Source of the DNA: Methanococcus maripaludis
GTDB taxonomy: Archaea > AGJL01 > Methanococci > Methanococcales > Methanococcaceae
Reading direction: 5' to 3'
DNA: 32,000 nucleotides
Assembly: GCF_002945325.1 (NCBI RefSeq)
Contig: NZ_CP026606.1
Location: 750,001-782,000, forward strand
Each line of letters opens with the position of its first letter. Positions within the stretch are counted from its first letter, which is position 1. Below are positions 28,085-32,000 of the stretch, piece after piece. A program made the translations under genes and the position numbers. Under the pieces are notes generated by a model. The model was not told the DNA's origin. It ran no database searches and was given only the letters and a program-made list of their open reading frames with translations.

Positions 28085-30160
28085 ATGCAAAAATATATTC
28101 TTAAAGGGCTTTGCTGCGCAGGGTGCGCTTCAAAAATTGAAAAATTATTAAAAGAACTGGGTTACCCTTCTGCAGTTATCAATATGGCAACAAGCGAATT
28201 AATATTGGATGAAAAAGAGATAGAACTTGAAAAAATTACCAAAATAGTAACATCCACTGAGCCAGGAGTAATTGTAATTCCAAAACACTCTGAAATAAAA
28301 CTAACAAACGAAATCGATTATAAAGAACTAAAAAAGATAATAATTTCTTCAATTTTTTTCGTTTTTGGACTTTTTAGCAGTTATTCTGGATATTCAGTAA
28401 ATATTCAGCTGTTATTTTTTATTGTAAGCTACATATTAGTTGGACAAAAAGTACTTAAAAAAACATTTCAAAATATTAAAAGACTCGATTTCTTCGATGA
28501 AAATTTTTTAATGAGCATTGCAACTATCGGTGCATTTTTAATTGGGGAATATCCTGAAGGGGTCGCAGTAATGTTATTTTACAGTATTGGAGAATTTTTC
28601 CAGAATATTGCAGTAACAAGATCCAGAAATTCGATAAAATCACTTGTTTCGATAAAAGCAGAATATGCAAATATACTCGAAAACGGGGAAACACTAAAAG
28701 TAAAACCTGAAAATGTACAGATTGGTCAAACTATCGTTATAAAACCGGGAGAAAAAGTTCCAATTGATGGAATAGTTTTAAATGGAAAATCAAGTTTGGA
28801 TACTTCTGCTTTAACTGGAGAAAGTATTCCAAAATCGATAAACCGTGGCGAAGAAGTATTATCGGGAATGATTAATCTAAGCGGGCTTTTAACTGTTCAA
28901 ACAACCAAAAATTTCAGTGATTCAGCAGTTTCTAAAATTTTAAACCTCGTTGAATCTGCAAGTATCAACAAAACAAAAACTGAGAAATTTATAACAAAAT
29001 TTGCAAAAGTGTATACTCCAATTATTGTATTTATTGCAGTTTTACTTGCAGTTGTTCCGCCAATAATATTTAACGAACCATTTGTTCCTTGGTTTTACAA
29101 AGCCCTGATATTATTGGTTATTTCGTGCCCTTGCGCTCTTGTGCTATCAATTCCACTCGGATATTTTGCAGGAATTGGAAGACTTGCAAAAGAAGGAATT
29201 TTAGTAAAGGGTTCCAACTATATCGATGTTTTAAGTAAAACTACTTATGTTTCATTTGACAAAACAGGAACACTTACTGAAGGAAAGTTTAAAGTTACAA
29301 AAGTCGTTTCAAAAAACGAATTTAGCGGAAAAAGGCTTCTTGAAATTGCTAAAATGGTAGAATGTAATTCAAACCACCCGATTGCAAAAACCATTATGGA
29401 TTTTGGAACAATTTCGTGTAAAACTTCCCTTGATGACTTTGAGGAATTTAGTGAAGTTTTAGGGAAAGGAATAATCTCAAAAATAAATGGTAACGTGATA
29501 ATTGCGGGAAATGAGAAACTGATGGAAGAAAAAAACATAAATTTTGAAAAATTGGATGTTTATGAAACTGCCGTTCATTTTGCAGTTGATGGAGTTTATG
29601 CAGGATATATCTTGATTTCTGACAAATTAAAAAAAGATTCAAAAGAAACCGTCCTAGAACTTAAAAAACTCGGCATTAAAAAAGTTTCAATGCTTACAGG
29701 AGATAAAAAAGATATTGCTGAAAAAATTGCATCTGAACTTAATCTTGACGAATATTATTCAGATCTCCTTCCTGAAGATAAAGTCAAAATAATCGAAGAG
29801 ATTGAAGCTAATAAATCTAAAAAAGAAACGATTGCATTTGTTGGTGAAGGAATTAACGATGCACCGGTAATTGCAAGAGCAGATGTTGGAATTTCGATGG
29901 GAACCCTTGGAAGTGATGCCGCAATTGAAACCGCGGATGTCGTTATAATGAACGATAAACCCTCAAAATTGATTTCTGCGATTAAAATTTCGAAAAGGAC
30001 ACAAAATATTGCATTCCAAAACATTTTTGTTATTTTAATAGTAAAAATAGCATTTATTAGCCTTGGAATATTTGGAGAAACCACGATGTGGCAGGCCGTC
30101 TTTGCAGACGTTGGAGTTGCCCTTCTTTCCGTCTTGAATGCAGTTAGAATTTTAAAATAA
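28085..30160 (+). CDS. Heavy-metal translocating P-type ATPase (Zn/Cd/Pb-type)
   Basis: N-terminal HMA-like GLCCAGCASKIEKLL; SCPCALVLSIP; DKTGTLTEG; HP motif (SNHPIAK); GEGINDAPVIARADVGI. Confidence 0.93.
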   Translation: MQKYILKGLCCAGCASKIEKLLKELGYPSAVINMATSELILDEKEIELEKITKIVTSTEPGVIVIPKHSEIKLTNEIDYKELKKIIISSIFFVFGLFSSYSGYSVNIQLLFFIVSYILVGQKVLKKTFQNIKRLDFFDENFLMSIATIGAFLIGEYPEGVAVMLFYSIGEFFQNIAVTRSRNSIKSLVSIKAEYANILENGETLKVKPENVQIGQTIVIKPGEKVPIDGIVLNGKSSLDTSALTGESIPKSINRGEEVLSGMINLSGLLTVQTTKNFSDSAVSKILNLVESASINKTKTEKFITKFAKVYTPIIVFIAVLLAVVPPIIFNEPFVPWFYKALILLVISCPCALVLSIPLGYFAGIGRLAKEGILVKGSNYIDVLSKTTYVSFDKTGTLTEGKFKVTKVVSKNEFSGKRLLEIAKMVECNSNHPIAKTIMDFGTISCKTSLDDFEEFSEVLGKGIISKINGNVIIAGNEKLMEEKNINFEKLDVYETAVHFAVDGVYAGYILISDKLKKDSKETVLELKKLGIKKVSMLTGDKKDIAEKIASELNLDEYYSDLLPEDKVKIIEEIEANKSKKETIAFVGEGINDAPVIARADVGISMGTLGSDAAIETADVVIMNDKPSKLISAIKISKRTQNIAFQNIFVILIVKIAFISLGIFGETTMWQAVFADVGVALLSVLNAVRILK

Positions 30161-30182
30161 GATTTAATAAAATAAAAAAATA

Positions 30183-30593
30183 TTATTTTTTATGTTTTAG
30201 CATTTCTGAACCTTTTTCAGTTATATTATATCCATCGCCCAGTTTTGAGATGTATGCTGACTTTTCCAACTCTTCCAGATATTTTTCAACCATTTTACAG
30301 CCAATGTCTTCTAAAATCATTTCATACCTATCAATAGATTCTTTACATGGGCTGTTATATACATTGTACAAAATCTCAACGTATTCTTTTATAACTTCGT
30401 CATTTAATTTAAAAAATCCTTTTTCTAAATCGAATATTAATTCTTTTACGGATTCCCTATCTTCACCATAATGTTTCAATTTGTGTTCAATGTACAATTT
30501 TTCAATTTCATCTAACGATAACACACTTCCTTCAAATGCTGAAAGAAGGTTTAATTGAAATCTATTTAATTCCCCAGTTTCTGGTTTGGCCAT
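30183..30593 (-). CDS. Hypothetical protein, possibly winged-helix-like
   Basis: 136-aa intact ORF; C-terminal YISKLGDGYNITEKGSEML resembles a wHTH end. Confidence 0.6.
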   Translation of the reverse strand: MAKPETGELNRFQLNLLSAFEGSVLSLDEIEKLYIEHKLKHYGEDRESVKELIFDLEKGFFKLNDEVIKEYVEILYNVYNSPCKESIDRYEMILEDIGCKMVEKYLEELEKSAYISKLGDGYNITEKGSEMLKHKK

Positions 30594-30706
30594 TATTATC
30601 CCCCGGATAGTTTATAATAAAATTATTTTTTGTAAGGCTATAAATATGTGCAAGCCCGAGTTAAATGATAGTATTGAAATTAGGCAGATTGCATCCTGGT
30701 GATTTT

Positions 30707-31261
30707 ATGAAAATTTATTTTGCAACAGGGAATCAAAATAAGATTAATGAAGCAGAAATTATATTAAAAGAAGCTAATTGCGAAATCGAACAGATTGAAA
30801 TTCCTTACGCGGAAGTTCAGGGAAGACTCGAAGAAGTTTCTGCATTTGGGGTTTTAGAAGTTTTTGAAAAATTCAATAGACCCGTTATAGTTGAAGACAG
30901 CGGATTTTTCATCGAAAAACTAAATGATTTTCCAGGAACTTATTCAAGGTTCGTTCAAGAAACTATAGGAAATGAAGGGATTTTAAAACTTTTAGAAAAT
31001 GAAACTAACAGAAATGCGTACTTTAAAACAGTTATCGGCTACTATGATGGCGACAACATCAAACTATTTACTGGAATTGTAAAAGGAACTATTTCAACAG
31101 AAATAAAAGACGGTGGGTTTGGTTTTGCCTACGACAGCATTTTTATTCCAGAAGGGAAAACTAAAACATTTGCAGAAATGACTACTGAAGAAAAAAGCGA
31201 AATATCGCACAGAAAAAGAGCATTTTATGAACTTAAGAATTATTTAGAAACAAACTTGTAA
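30707..31261 (+). CDS. XTP/dITP diphosphatase (HAM1/RdgB family)
   Basis: [68 protein letters not shown] 30707 preceded by GGTG; supplied start 30665 likely too long. Confidence 0.92.
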   Translation: MKIYFATGNQNKINEAEIILKEANCEIEQIEIPYAEVQGRLEEVSAFGVLEVFEKFNRPVIVEDSGFFIEKLNDFPGTYSRFVQETIGNEGILKLLENETNRNAYFKTVIGYYDGDNIKLFTGIVKGTISTEIKDGGFGFAYDSIFIPEGKTKTFAEMTTEEKSEISHRKRAFYELKNYLETNL

Positions 31262-31272
31262 CTAGTGAAAAA

Positions 31273-32000
31273 ATGAAAGCATTTGACATAATGAAAGCTT
31301 CCCAGATCGCCTGTTGCTTTGAAGTTGGAAGTTTTAAACCTGGAAACGTCCATAAAAATAGAGACTACGACGATATAAAATATCACCACTTTATAAGCTC
31401 GGGAATTGCATTTGGGGATATAATTTACGAAGCCTGCCTTGAAAAAAATAATATCGGAAATTTCATTAAAAAAGGAGTAATTGAATCCAAAAAATGGTCT
31501 CCAACAAATGCAAATCTTGGAATAATTATGCTTCACATGCCAATAGCAATTGCCGCGTCAAACTTAGATAAATTTAGCGAATCGCAACTAAAAAAAGAAA
31601 CAGAAAAAATTATTAAAAACACGACTGTTCAAGATGCAATTGAAGTGTATGGGGCAATTGAAATTGCACTTGCTTTTGTTAACACTCCTGAAAACGGGCC
31701 AGATTTAAAAAGTAAGGATGCTAAAGACGAACTTATTGAAAAAAATCTTACTCTTTACGATGTTTTTAAAATTTCATCCACTTGGGACAGTATTTCCAAT
31801 GAATGGACCGAAAATTTTAAGATATCCTACAAAGGCTATAATTTAATAAAGGAATACTACGAAAAATACAATAACATCAATATTGCAGTTACCAAAACAT
31901 TTATCAATCTACTCTCAAACTATCCGGACACGTTAATTGCAAGGAAAAAAGGTATCGATGTCGCTAAAATGGTTTCAGAAAAAGCTAAAGAAGTTTTAAA
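31273..32000 (+). CDS. Triphosphoribosyl-dephospho-CoA synthase (CitG/MdcB)-like protein, truncated at window edge
   Basis: [44 protein letters not shown]...; open to end of window. Confidence 0.75.
   Translation, partial: MKAFDIMKASQIACCFEVGSFKPGNVHKNRDYDDIKYHHFISSGIAFGDIIYEACLEKNNIGNFIKKGVIESKKWSPTNANLGIIMLHMPIAIAASNLDKFSESQLKKETEKIIKNTTVQDAIEVYGAIEIALAFVNTPENGPDLKSKDAKDELIEKNLTLYDVFKISSTWDSISNEWTENFKISYKGYNLIKEYYEKYNNINIAVTKTFINLLSNYPDTLIARKKGIDVAKMVSEKAKEVL

Noticed and set aside
95-30471. Antisense ORFs such as 95-304, 1683-1952, 2737-3087, 3029-3376, 4547-4837, 9891-10202, 16917-17147, 18794-19057, 22761-23096, 29755-30084
   Set aside because: Each lies opposite or inside a well-supported gene and has no family features.
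1-32000. CRISPR arrays, transposons, prophage or restriction modules
   Set aside because: I found no regularly spaced repeats, transposase, integrase or phage gene in the window.

Overview
This window matches Methanococcus maripaludis or a close relative, judged from protein families, gene order and GGTG ribosome-binding sites; I ran no database search. From left to right: (1) a translation/transcription cluster (SBDS, L37Ae, RpoP, Brix, Pcc1, prefoldin beta, DHH protein) that looks like the archaeal exosome superoperon without exosome genes. (2) A ~9.2 kb minus-strand pilus operon (about 3711-12879): a GxGD prepilin peptidase (EppA), three class III signal-peptide pilins (EpdA/B/C) and several secreted or membrane proteins, two of them large DUF2341 putative adhesins. 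(3) Housekeeping genes: HD protein, ABC ATPase, trm1, nrdD, queC, egsA, hemL, EMC6-like, two SSS transporters, Mn-dependent PPase, an ArsR plus heavy-metal P-type ATPase pair, ITPase, and a partial CitG-like gene. The strongest non-coding signals are: a probable H/ACA-type guide RNA (about 26598-26834) with its own TATA box, hairpins followed by ACA and a terminal T-run; an 11-bp inverted repeat with a competing third arm upstream of nrdD; a perfect 20-bp SmtB/ArsR-type operator abutting a likely leaderless arsR start; and a short pilin-like ORF (7742-7918) that looks like the frame-separated N-terminus of the 561-aa DUF2341 protein.
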